Assembly: GCA_965200965.1 (NCBI GenBank)
Contig: OZ241744.1
Span: 3,104,001-3,168,000 of the forward strand
Direction of reading: 5' to 3'
Origin: an uncultured Candidatus Binatia bacterium
GTDB lineage: Bacteria > Desulfobacterota > Binatia > Bin18
DNA: 64,000 bases
The notes below the pieces were generated by a model. That model had not been told where the DNA came from, searched no databases, and saw only the letters and a program-made list of their open reading frames with translations. Positions 10,390-19,120 of the stretch are shown one piece after another. Every line of letters starts with the position of its first letter. Within the stretch, counting starts at the first letter, position 1. The position numbers and the translations under genes are program-made.

Positions 10390-11217
10390 ATGGCAACCAT
10401 GATCACGAACGACTGCATCAACTGCGGAGCCTGCGAGCCGGAATGCCCGAACACGGCCATTTACCAGGGCGGTGCAGAGTGGGATATGAACGGCGTGAAC
10501 AGCCCTGCCATCTCGGACGATATCTTCTACATCGTGCCCCAGAAGTGTACCGAGTGCGTCGGCTTTTTTGACCAGGAAGCCTGCGCCGCGGTCTGTCCGG
10601 TTGACTGCTGCGTCCCCAACCCGGATATCCCAGAAACAGAATCGGTCTTGATCGCCCGGGCCAAAGAGTTGCACCCGGAAGAAACCTTTGAGGCCGATTT
10701 TCCGTCTCGCTTCAAAGGTGCCGACGCTGCCGAACCCGCTGCCGAGCCAGCCGCGGCTGCCGAACCCGTCCCAGTCGCCGCTCCGCCAGTCGCCGCCCCG
10801 GCTCCCGTCCCAGCCGCGGGCGTAGAGGTTTCAACACTCATCATTCCCGAAGTCAAGGACTGGGAGGTCCCGCTGAGCTGTTATAAGTGCGAACAGGAAT
10901 ATGCGCTGGCCTTTGAACGCTTTCGGATTGGCACAGTACTGAACTGCCCCAACCCCTATTGCACGGCCAGCCTGACCGTCACCTCAAGCCTGTACAAAAC
11001 CGTGGCCAACGCCCTCGACGCCTTCCATGCCGGCTGGAACGCCGATTTTGACGCCTTCCGGGAAAAGCGACGCCGAGAACTCGAAGCGTTTGAGGCCAAG
11101 AAACAGGCCGAGCTTGAAGACTTTACCGACAGCCTCAGAAAAGCGGTGGCCAGCGTCAAACCGGCCGGCAAACCCTGGCGGCGACTGTCGCTGTTCGGCT
11201 TTCAGCGCGTGGGATAG
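10390..11217 (+). CDS. YfhL-family 2[4Fe-4S] ferredoxin with Pro/Ala linker, Cys4 ribbon and coiled-coil extension
   Basis: CINCGACEPECP and CTECVG..CAAVCP cluster motifs; C-terminal CYKC...CPNPYC; GGAGAG RBS upstream. Confidence 0.85.
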   Translation: MATMITNDCINCGACEPECPNTAIYQGGAEWDMNGVNSPAISDDIFYIVPQKCTECVGFFDQEACAAVCPVDCCVPNPDIPETESVLIARAKELHPEETFEADFPSRFKGADAAEPAAEPAAAAEPVPVAAPPVAAPAPVPAAGVEVSTLIIPEVKDWEVPLSCYKCEQEYALAFERFRIGTVLNCPNPYCTASLTVTSSLYKTVANALDAFHAGWNADFDAFREKRRRELEAFEAKKQAELEDFTDSLRKAVASVKPAGKPWRRLSLFGFQRVG

Positions 11218-11223
11218 AGAAGC

Positions 11224-12066
11224 TCAAGTGGCGTACTTCCTGCCAATCTCCATCGCTTCGGGGACGCCCAGCAGATTGGTCATTTCCTCAAAGCAGCCCC
11301 AGCCGGCATCGGCGGTGATCTGGCCGGTGGCCTTGAGTTCCTGCATGGCGTCCCGCATCCGAATATAGGCCGCCATCAGGGTAGCCGAGTAAATGGTGAG
11401 TTTGAAGCCAAATTTCCGGATTTCCTGGACCGGAAGCAACTGCCCGTTGTAGAGCAGCGGCAGGTCGCCCAACTCGGTGGCGTAGCGCTGGATATCGGTG
11501 AGGGTCCTGATACCGTCCACAAAGATCAGATCGGCACCGGCCTCTCGGTAGGCATGGCCGCGCGCGACAACATCATCCCAGCCCTTGACCGCCAGGGCGT
11601 CGGTTCGGGCAATGATCACAAAATCGTCACTGTGCCGGGCATCGCAGGCCGCCCGCACCTTGGGCACCATGTCGTCCACAGGAATGACTTGTTTGCCGGC
11701 CAGAAAGCCGCAGCGTTTGGGCCACACTTGGTCTTCGAGGTGCAGAGCCGCGGCCCCGGCCGCCTCATACTCGCGCACCGTCCGATACACGTTGACCGGA
11801 TTACCATAGCCGGTGTCAGCGTCACAGATCAGCGGAATCTCGACCGCGTGAGCGATGTAGCGCACGTTCTGGACCATCTCGGCCATGCTCAACAGCCCGA
11901 CATCGGGAAACCCACGGGCCGCGGCCGTACCAAAACCGGTCATATACACGGCCTCAAAGCCGGCGGCCTGGGCAATCCGGGCCTGGAAGGCGTCAAACAC
12001 AAACGGGGCGACGACCATATCAGGGCCGTTGAGCAGCTGGCGCAGACGGGGAACTGGAGCGGGCAT
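11224..12066 (-). CDS. Isocitrate lyase/PEP mutase family lyase (PrpB/DML-like)
   Basis: YMTGFG, DADTGYG, LEDQ..PKRCG and ARTDA motifs. Confidence 0.88.
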   Translation of the reverse strand: MPAPVPRLRQLLNGPDMVVAPFVFDAFQARIAQAAGFEAVYMTGFGTAAARGFPDVGLLSMAEMVQNVRYIAHAVEIPLICDADTGYGNPVNVYRTVREYEAAGAAALHLEDQVWPKRCGFLAGKQVIPVDDMVPKVRAACDARHSDDFVIIARTDALAVKGWDDVVARGHAYREAGADLIFVDGIRTLTDIQRYATELGDLPLLYNGQLLPVQEIRKFGFKLTIYSATLMAAYIRMRDAMQELKATGQITADAGWGCFEEMTNLLGVPEAMEIGRKYAT

Positions 12067-12086
12067 ACGGTTCTCCTCATGGCCGC

Positions 12087-12656
12087 TTATGGCCACAACT
12101 CGGCAATGGACAGCTTGGCGGCCGGCAGTAAGACAGGGGCGATCTCATCATCGTTGGCCGGCCGCAGGACCTCGGCATAGCCGTCGGCCCCGGGCTGACG
12201 ATAGACCTCAAGCTGGGCGTTGCGCAGGTCAAGCAGCCAGACTTCGGGGATGCCGTGGCGGGCGTACAGCGGGAGTTTGATTTCCTGGTCATAGCGGATG
12301 CTGGTGTCTGCAACTTCAATGATGAGCAGCACATCTTGCGGCTCTGGATGGGAGGCTTCATAAAAATCGCTGCGGGGACGGAGGACGGCAAAATCAGGTT
12401 GAGGCTCAGAGTGATCGCTCAGGCGGATGGGATTCTGCGAAGAAATCAGCGCTCGCCCCGCCAGGACTGAACTGAGTAGAGTCGTGAATCGGATAACTTT
12501 TCCGGCGTGATCGCTACCTACGGGTGCCATATCAATGAGCCGGCCCTCAATCAGTTCCACTCGCTCATGGGGGCCGAAGATGCCGGCCTCGCCCATCTTG
12601 TAATAGTCGTCCACGCTCAGGCGGTGCTGGGGTAGCAGGGGCTCGGGCTGGTGCAT
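12087..12656 (-). CDS. Uma2 (DUF820) family endonuclease
   Basis: RVELIEG, EPQPD, LIIEVAD and KLPLYARHGIPEVW motifs. Confidence 0.9.
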   Translation of the reverse strand: MHQPEPLLPQHRLSVDDYYKMGEAGIFGPHERVELIEGRLIDMAPVGSDHAGKVIRFTTLLSSVLAGRALISSQNPIRLSDHSEPQPDFAVLRPRSDFYEASHPEPQDVLLIIEVADTSIRYDQEIKLPLYARHGIPEVWLLDLRNAQLEVYRQPGADGYAEVLRPANDDEIAPVLLPAAKLSIAELWP

Positions 12657-12685
12657 GGGGTTTCCCTCCTTGGCGGCCGAGCGTC

Positions 12686-13588
12686 TCACCACTCGGTGCG
12701 TGCGGGTGGAAGTGCTCCGTCGGGACGCGGAGCCTGAACGATTGCCTCGTTGCTCACAATGTCCTTGTGCAAATACTCCTCAAGCAGCGTGACCGCGCTG
12801 CGCAGCAACTCAGCCTTGTCGTCAAACACCGCTTCGCATACCCACTCGCCCTGAATCCAGCAGTCAAACGAGGCTTCGTCAATAAAATTGAACTCCAGCA
12901 GCCGCTCATACATCGGCGTTCCGGTGATCAGGGCCCGCAGCGACAGGCCGGAATCAATCAGCACGGCGTAGACATCGGAGGGAATTGGCAGCGCCCGCTT
13001 GACCTGTTCAATCTCTCGGGCTGGACAGCGCTCTTTGACCGGTGCGCAGTAGGCCCATTGGCCTGGTTCGGGGTTTGCCTGTTGGATCAATTTGATGTTG
13101 GGCTCGCTGAGCCACTCCCGCGCTTCCTCTTGATCGTAGTGCTCAAAACTGCGAAAAAACGCCGCCCCGGCAGGTTCGCGTTGGTCTTCGGACTGCTCGG
13201 CTGAATCGCCCAAGCGCAGCCCCGAGCGTCTGGCGGCATTTGCGGGTCTGTCTTCGGGTTCCCGCCAGTCCTCACGTTGCGGCTCGGAACGAGCGGGACG
13301 TGCCGCCCCCTTGGGGGCCGGCCTGTTGCGGGGGGGGGGACGACGCTCGGCCGGGGAGCCGGCCTGCGGTGTAGCCATTTTTCTGCTCGGTCCGGGCCGA
13401 TCTTTTGCCCGGCCCCGGTCGATCCGGGCTGGCGGACTGTCCGACTTGGCGGCTCGGCCCTGCTGAGACGGCGACGGCTTCTCCTGAGAGCGGTTCCGAG
13501 CCCGGTTTCTGGACCGGCTGCGGCCGCGTTTCTTCCGACACGCCTTCCCGATGGACGGCTCAGCCGCTTTGTTCTCGTCGTCCGGCAT
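12686..13588 (-). CDS. Hypothetical protein: Arg/Pro-rich disordered N-half and acidic globular C-half
   Basis: 300-aa ORF tightly packed in the minus-strand run; no family recognised. Confidence 0.6.
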   Translation of the reverse strand: MPDDENKAAEPSIGKACRKKRGRSRSRNRARNRSQEKPSPSQQGRAAKSDSPPARIDRGRAKDRPGPSRKMATPQAGSPAERRPPPRNRPAPKGAARPARSEPQREDWREPEDRPANAARRSGLRLGDSAEQSEDQREPAGAAFFRSFEHYDQEEAREWLSEPNIKLIQQANPEPGQWAYCAPVKERCPAREIEQVKRALPIPSDVYAVLIDSGLSLRALITGTPMYERLLEFNFIDEASFDCWIQGEWVCEAVFDDKAELLRSAVTLLEEYLHKDIVSNEAIVQAPRPDGALPPARTEW

Positions 13589-13591
13589 GTC

Positions 13592-14227
13592 TTACCTGTG
13601 GGGTAAAAAGTACGAAAAGCCGGCCAGGAAGATGTGCGAGTTCAGGCCGTCATTTTCGTCGTACAGGCTGGCGTTTGAGGTGTGACGGAAGCGATAGCCC
13701 ACGGTGAGGGACAGGTTATCGTCCAGAACATACGACAGGCCGGCTCCGGCCATCTCGGTGAAACTGAAGCCCCCGCCCAGGTCATAACCCTGGTAGTCAT
13801 GGTAGAGGAGGCCTAAGCCGCCCTCAATATACGGAGACAGCCGAGCGCCGAGGTCAAAATGGTAGCTTAAGACCGGCAGCATAAGGCCGGCCTCAATTGA
13901 GGCGTCGCGCTTTCTCCCCCGTATTCCCTGTGTGACGCCACTCCCCTCTCTCTGGTTTGAGTCGCACACCACCGCGGACAGGAACGGCTCGGTCGCAATC
14001 TCAAACGCGCCTTCAGGAAAGAGCCACGGCTTTCCCTGAAAGAGGATATAGCCGATATGGAGGTTCAGCGGCACGCTATCGACATCCCGTTCGCTGATGG
14101 AGTAGCCCGAGCGCAGGCCAACGTTCCACAAGCCTTGGGCCGGCCCTGTCTTTTGGGCTTGGGCGGCACTCACGCCTACCAGGAACATTCCCAGCAGGCA
14201 GCCGCCCATGCATAGAGCCTTTTTCAT
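13592..14227 (-). CDS. PagL-like outer-membrane beta-barrel (lipid A 3-O-deacylase/acyloxyacyl hydrolase family)
   Basis: Signal peptide, amphipathic strands and YRFRHTSNA..NDGLN (H-x-S-N) motif. Confidence 0.75.
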   Translation of the reverse strand: MKKALCMGGCLLGMFLVGVSAAQAQKTGPAQGLWNVGLRSGYSISERDVDSVPLNLHIGYILFQGKPWLFPEGAFEIATEPFLSAVVCDSNQREGSGVTQGIRGRKRDASIEAGLMLPVLSYHFDLGARLSPYIEGGLGLLYHDYQGYDLGGGFSFTEMAGAGLSYVLDDNLSLTVGYRFRHTSNASLYDENDGLNSHIFLAGFSYFLPHR

Positions 14228-14263
14228 GATCCCCTCTCTCGTATCCACGCTCCCGCTCCTATC

Positions 14264-14740
14264 CTACCGGCCCGGCTTGTGCAAGCCGATTGACAGCTCG
14301 GTCTCAACAAAGTCGCGCTGCGCCTCGTCCCACCGAAAGGCTTTGATCGTGCGCACTTGGCGGTCGTAGATTGAGACCACCAGATAGGCCGTATCTGGAT
14401 AGGACGGCTCATCGCCAAACATGGCCTGGCGTGTGTCCTCGGCCGAGAAATAGGCGTCGTGATTCGGGTGCGAATGGTAAAAGGCGGTCAACTCGGCGTT
14501 GCCGCTGTCGGCCTCTTGGATCACCGCCAACAGCTGCTTGGGCTGCATGAAATACGCGGTGGCAGCATCACGCGGATAGGTCTCCGTGTCCTTGTCACGC
14601 ATGACGTTCTGAATGTTGTCAATGCGCCGCACCTCGGCCCGACCGTCCCGGGTCAAGATGGCCCCACAGCATTCGTCGGGAAACGTGTCTTGGGCGTGTT
14701 GAGACAGGGCACGCCAAGTCCTTGCGTCTATGTGAAACAT
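14264..14740 (-). CDS. JAB/MPN+ (M67) metallopeptidase, Mec-like
   Basis: PDECCG and FYHSHP...FSAED JAMM motif. Confidence 0.9.
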   Translation of the reverse strand: MFHIDARTWRALSQHAQDTFPDECCGAILTRDGRAEVRRIDNIQNVMRDKDTETYPRDAATAYFMQPKQLLAVIQEADSGNAELTAFYHSHPNHDAYFSAEDTRQAMFGDEPSYPDTAYLVVSIYDRQVRTIKAFRWDEAQRDFVETELSIGLHKPGR

Positions 14741-14755
14741 ATCCCGTTCCTGTCC

Positions 14756-15772
14756 TCAGCCCGGCTTGCGGGCCAGCACCAGGCCGGTGAAGGCCGGTGG
14801 CGGCAGGCTTCTTTTCTGCCCATCAACAAAGCCGATGTCGTGCAGCCAGCCAATGATCTCTTCGCCCGGATAGGCTTCCCCGTGGGGAAAAACCAGCATC
14901 ATAAACAGCGAGAAGACCACCGGTTGGACCGGTTCTATCAGGTTTGGCTCGGGCATAATCCCATGGATGAGAATCTGACCGCCGGCCTCCAGGGCCTCAA
15001 AGGCTTTGCCCAGCACCATCTTGCAGGTCTCGCGGCCCTCGGTCTGGAGCATATTCGACAGGACAATCGTGTCATGGCCGCGGCCAAAGTCATCGCTGAA
15101 ATAGTTGCCCTCGCGGACCGTGACCCGGCCGGCCATGCCCTCCCGCTCAATAATGTCGTGCGTGCGTCGCAAAACAGGCGGCAGGTCAAACACGGTGGCA
15201 GCGAGCTGCGGAAAGGTCTGACACAGACGGATTGAGTACACCCCTGAGCCGCCGGCAACATCAAGCAGACGGCGGGACTGGCTCAGGTCCACCAAGCCGG
15301 CGATCCGCTCGGCCAAGCCTTTCCCCAGCTCAAACAGCCCGTGGACATAATTATCCAGCACCTCGGGCGACGCCTGCTCAAGCTCTGTGCCGGTCAGGGG
15401 CAAGACCGGGCTATCGCTACGAATGGCCTCGGCCAGCTTACCCCAGGCCTGGTAGCGGTCGCTGGCCTGTTTGAGCATATTGCCCACATACCCCGGTCTG
15501 TCTCTGACCAGAAAGGCATCGGCTACCGGTGCGTTGTGGTAGTGCTCGGCCTCCCTGGTCACAAAGCCCAGCGCCGTGCTGGCGTTAAGCAGACGCGCCA
15601 CACCGCGCAGGGGCAGGCCAGTGTGGGCGGCCAGCTCGGCCGCGGTCAGCGGCCCGTCAGCCAGCGGGGAGAACAGGTCGAGCTGCGCAGCCCCAAGAAG
15701 CACTGCGGCCTGCTCAAATCCGTTGACAATTTTCATCAGGCCCGGCATATCGGCCGGGAGTGGTTCCGGCAT
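14756..15772 (-). CDS. SAM-dependent O-methyltransferase with N-terminal dimerisation domain
   Basis: LDVAGGSG and FDLP motifs; N-terminal wHTH-like LFSPLADGPLT. Confidence 0.9.
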   Translation of the reverse strand: MPEPLPADMPGLMKIVNGFEQAAVLLGAAQLDLFSPLADGPLTAAELAAHTGLPLRGVARLLNASTALGFVTREAEHYHNAPVADAFLVRDRPGYVGNMLKQASDRYQAWGKLAEAIRSDSPVLPLTGTELEQASPEVLDNYVHGLFELGKGLAERIAGLVDLSQSRRLLDVAGGSGVYSIRLCQTFPQLAATVFDLPPVLRRTHDIIEREGMAGRVTVREGNYFSDDFGRGHDTIVLSNMLQTEGRETCKMVLGKAFEALEAGGQILIHGIMPEPNLIEPVQPVVFSLFMMLVFPHGEAYPGEEIIGWLHDIGFVDGQKRSLPPPAFTGLVLARKPG

Positions 15773-15870
15773 GGTCTTCCCTCCTGCCTCTGAGATTGCT
15801 GCCAGCCTCCGTTGCGCCGGCTGACAGAGTCACTATAGTGCATCAGAAATCCGCAAAGGAGTACAGGCTG

Positions 15871-16197
15871 ATGATGAGTATTGAGGAATTTGGCAAGGTT
15901 GAGTTGCGGGTGGCGACCGTCACTGCGGCCGAGCCCCACCCCAACGCCGACCGTTTATTGGTGCTCAAGGTTGACCTGGGCGACGAACAGCGCCAACTCG
16001 TGGCCGGCATTCGGAACCACTATACGCCCGAGGCCCTGGTCGGCAGACAGATCGTGGTGGTGGCCAATCTTCAGCCGGCAAAGCTGCGCGGGGTTGAGAG
16101 TCAGGGGATGCTGCTGGCCGCCACCGATGCCGGTACCGGCGGCGTGATTCTCTTAAGCCCAGTCCAGCAGGTCGCCCCCGGCTCCAAAGTGTCCTAA
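15871..16197 (+). CDS. tRNA-binding OB-fold protein (CsaA/MetRS C-terminal-like)
   Basis: HPNADRL, RQLVAGI and NLQPAKLRGVESQGM motifs; AAGGAG RBS. Confidence 0.9.
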   Translation: MMSIEEFGKVELRVATVTAAEPHPNADRLLVLKVDLGDEQRQLVAGIRNHYTPEALVGRQIVVVANLQPAKLRGVESQGMLLAATDAGTGGVILLSPVQQVAPGSKVS

Positions 16198-16244
16198 TCG
16201 CTAGCGTCCGTCTGGAGCTTGGCCTGTTTGATGGAGAACAGGTT

Positions 16245-16621
16245 TCAGAAAGCAATCCGTGTGATGCCTTCGACAAGGTCGAAATGGGCGTCGTTACTCA
16301 ACACTGGGAGAGCGTGCTGGCGGGCGAGGGCGGCAACCCAGATGTCGTTGAGAGGGATGGGCTTAACTGTCCGTTTCAATTCCAAACGGATCTCGGCATA
16401 GACTCCGGCCGTCACTGGGGTAATGGCGGCGATTTCGACCAGCGGGAGATAGCGGCGGAGCCAGTCCTCCTGGCGGGGACGGTAGCGAGATTGGCGATAC
16501 CGAAATAATACTCACCAAGAACGATGGCGGGAACAAGGAGCCGGTCGGCAGATCGTAATGGGGATTGAACCTCCGGGCGACCTTCCGCCCACGCCGACAA
16601 AGCGTTCGTGTCTGAAATCAT
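16245..16621 (-). pseudogene. vapC: VapC PIN toxin, frameshifted
   Basis: MISDTNAL...VLGEYYFGI; one base missing near 16495 restores RQSRY...IPLNDIWVAALARQHALPVLSNDAHFDLVEGITRIAF*. Confidence 0.85.
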
Positions 16622-16740
16622 GCGCTGTCGCCAAGTTCGAGGCGCTCGAACTCATCCTCGATCATCTCAGCGACGGTTTTCACTCGACAGGTCGGACAGC
16701 TTGCCGAACCCTGCCATCCAGGGAGCTTCCTGTTTGTCTA
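16618..16740 (-). pseudogene. C-terminal remnant of VapB-like antitoxin
   Basis: EAPWMAGFGKLSDLSSENRR, then frameshifted EMIEDEFERLELGDSA* ending in an ATGA overlap with vapC; N-terminal DNA-binding part missing. Confidence 0.55.
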
Positions 16741-16744
16741 TGAG

Positions 16745-17303
16745 TGGGTCGGTATCAGCCTTGCCGACTATGCTCTTCAGGGCACAGATCTGGTTAGCGT
16801 CCTGAACTTCTTCGCTCTTTTTGTCGTACCTATCAAGAAAGGACTTTCTCGATTCGGCGTTCTCTTCTAAGGTACGCCTGTATTTCCCGAATTCCAGACA
16901 AAGAGCCTCACAGAGCTGCCTCACATTGAGTATCAGGTTGGGAACTTCGTCAATCTTTCGTCGTGAAAGATGCTTGCCTTCTTTCCGCGCAATAGCGATC
17001 CACAAGGTTTGTCGAGCGAATCTCCGGGGCCTTGTAACGGTGAACGAGACCGTTCCTGAGAACGTTGTAGAGTGGCTTTGCTGCAGCCTTGCAGGGGCCC
17101 GCCCGGAAAAGGTCTCTAAAGACCTTAGAGCCTTCGCTGCTCCCGTAACGAAATTTTGCCAGGGTTTCGCAGGCACAGGTAATGAGGAGGGTAATGGCGA
17201 AATTTCCTCCTGCTTCAAGTTCGAGAATTCGCTCCAAGTCACGACGGATGAAGCCGAATACTCGGTCGAACTTATCGTTGATATCTTCGAAACTGACGAC
17301 CAT
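16745..17303 (-). pseudogene. HEPN-like protein, frameshifted
   Basis: Helical ORF with CACETL and LRNGLVH (Rx4H); frameshift near 17015 continues QTLWIAIARKEGKHL...; GGAGAA RBS. Confidence 0.55.
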
Positions 17304-17351
17304 AGGAGTTTCTCCGAATTCCACCAAATAAGGGCGGGCGTGGGCCCTCAC

Positions 17352-17771
17352 TCAGATTTCAATCACCCGGTTGTTCGCTCGGGCTTGCCTGAAGGTCTCA
17401 AAGTCTTTGAGCGGGCTGTCTTTCACGATCCCCAGGATGCCGCTGAGGGCCGTATCCATCGCGTGTTCATTTTTTTCCTGTACCGCAGTATGCAGAACGT
17501 CAAAGAATCCGTTTAGCGCAGCTTTACGTTCCGCAAACCGTTGTGCGAAATACTCCAGGATAATTTCTCTTTCAGACTCGATAAGTCTGACGGCAATGTC
17601 GCGCTTCGCTGCGATGCGTGCCCGCTCTGTTTGTTGTTCCTCTGCGGTTTTTCGGTACGATATATATTCTCTCAAGACTTCGAGCGGATCCAGGTTCTGA
17701 ACAATCACCTTGCCGCCGCCTATATGCTTTGCCAGAGAAGAAGCAGCTTTTCCAATTGGAGATTGTGGCAT
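17352..17771 (-). CDS. Hypothetical all-helical/coiled-coil protein
   Basis: 139-aa ORF starting 2 nt after the upstream gene; charged amphipathic helices. Confidence 0.8.
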   Translation of the reverse strand: MPQSPIGKAASSLAKHIGGGKVIVQNLDPLEVLREYISYRKTAEEQQTERARIAAKRDIAVRLIESEREIILEYFAQRFAERKAALNGFFDVLHTAVQEKNEHAMDTALSGILGIVKDSPLKDFETFRQARANNRVIEI

Positions 17772-17773
17772 AC

Positions 17774-18649
17774 TCAGATAATCCTTCCGTCGTTATCAAG
17801 GATCGCGACATCCAAAAGCTGTCCCAAGGACACCGCGACCTTTGCAACCCGGTAAGCGTCATGTTCATTGTCGGGCGAAGATGAAGAGAGCAGGTGTTCC
17901 AGTTCATACGTCAGCTTGATGGTGCTCTCTTTCAATTCGGTGACGCGGGCGAGAACAGCGTCCAAAGCAGCGACCAGTCTCCGCTTTTTTGCCTCGTCAA
18001 TATCCAACTCCGCGATGGATTTTTCTACTTGGTTCTCTACATCACCCGCCCGCTTAAGCCTCCAAAGACCAATAACGAGAATGGCCGGTACGACAACAAG
18101 ACCGCCGAGAACTGTCGTTCCAGCGGCAACGCCGCCTCCGCCGGCGGCTAGGGTCCCTCCTCCCAACCACGCTAGCGTCGCACTTTTTGCGGCAGCGCCC
18201 GATAAAGCTGAAATGGCCGTACCAGTCCCGGCCTTTGCGAGCATTCCCACCAATCCGTAAGCCGCCGTCGCAGTGGCAACCCCTGACCTAAGAGCGGCAG
18301 CGCCTCCCGCAAGAATTTCATGCGCGGAAACAGAGGCGTTGCTGAACTGGATAAGCTGTTCCGGGGTGATGTTGAATTTTTCAAAAGGCTCTCTGTTCTT
18401 GAGTTTGGCCTGTTCGAGAAACTTCACCGCTTTGCCAAGCGTCACCATCGATTCAAGGCGAGTCTTGCCAAGGTCCTCAAACCTTGAAGCTACATAGGCG
18501 TGTTTTTCTTCATACTTCCGAATCTCTCCCTCGTACCGTCTGCGGCGATCCGCGTATTTTTGCTTAGCTCTCTTAATCCGCTTATTGCCGCGAATAAGAA
18601 CGAGGAGAGGGGAAGCAGCAGCGATTAGTCCCAATAGAGGTATTGGCAT
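17774..18649 (-). CDS. Hypothetical membrane protein with coiled coils and a Gly/Ala-zipper hairpin
   Basis: AAGGAG RBS, hydrophobic N-terminus and GTGTAISALSGAAAKSATLAWLGGGTLAAGGGGVAAG followed by a TM helix. Confidence 0.8.
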   Translation of the reverse strand: MPIPLLGLIAAASPLLVLIRGNKRIKRAKQKYADRRRRYEGEIRKYEEKHAYVASRFEDLGKTRLESMVTLGKAVKFLEQAKLKNREPFEKFNITPEQLIQFSNASVSAHEILAGGAAALRSGVATATAAYGLVGMLAKAGTGTAISALSGAAAKSATLAWLGGGTLAAGGGGVAAGTTVLGGLVVVPAILVIGLWRLKRAGDVENQVEKSIAELDIDEAKKRRLVAALDAVLARVTELKESTIKLTYELEHLLSSSSPDNEHDAYRVAKVAVSLGQLLDVAILDNDGRII

Positions 18650-18719
18650 GATAGCTCCTTTCGTCAGACCCTGGTCGAAAGCACTGAGTCTGTTTTCCGG
18701 TTTATGGCGATGCCACGAC

Positions 18720-19109
18720 CTACTCCTTGCCGGCGAACCGGTCGATACTGATGACCGCCCGTTCGTGCGTGCCTGCACCGATTTTGGTGCCGTCCTCGTT
18801 GTAGGCTTCGACGCTGAATGTGAGCCGCCGGCCTGTGATCTCGGTCAGGCTGACCTTGCCGGTGACTTGCTGGCCGATCGGGGTCGGAGCCAGGTGTCTG
18901 ACATCAATGTGAAAGCCGACCGTCTGCTCGCCGGCGTCCATATGGGGCGTCAGAAACTCGACACAGACGCCCTCCATGAGCTGGATCATGGCCGGGGTGG
19001 AATACATCCGAGGGGCGTCCGGCCCGAGGTGGACAATGCCCATGTCCGGGGTGGTGGTAATCGTTCGTTCTGAGGCCATGCCGGGTTTGAGCGAGTCTTT
19101 CATGCGCAT
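18720..19109 (-). CDS. FlK-like hotdog thioesterase
   Basis: STPAMIQLME, TVG..HLAPTP and GTHER motifs. Confidence 0.88.
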   Translation of the reverse strand: MRMKDSLKPGMASERTITTTPDMGIVHLGPDAPRMYSTPAMIQLMEGVCVEFLTPHMDAGEQTVGFHIDVRHLAPTPIGQQVTGKVSLTEITGRRLTFSVEAYNEDGTKIGAGTHERAVISIDRFAGKE

Positions 19110-19120
19110 TCCTCTTGTTG

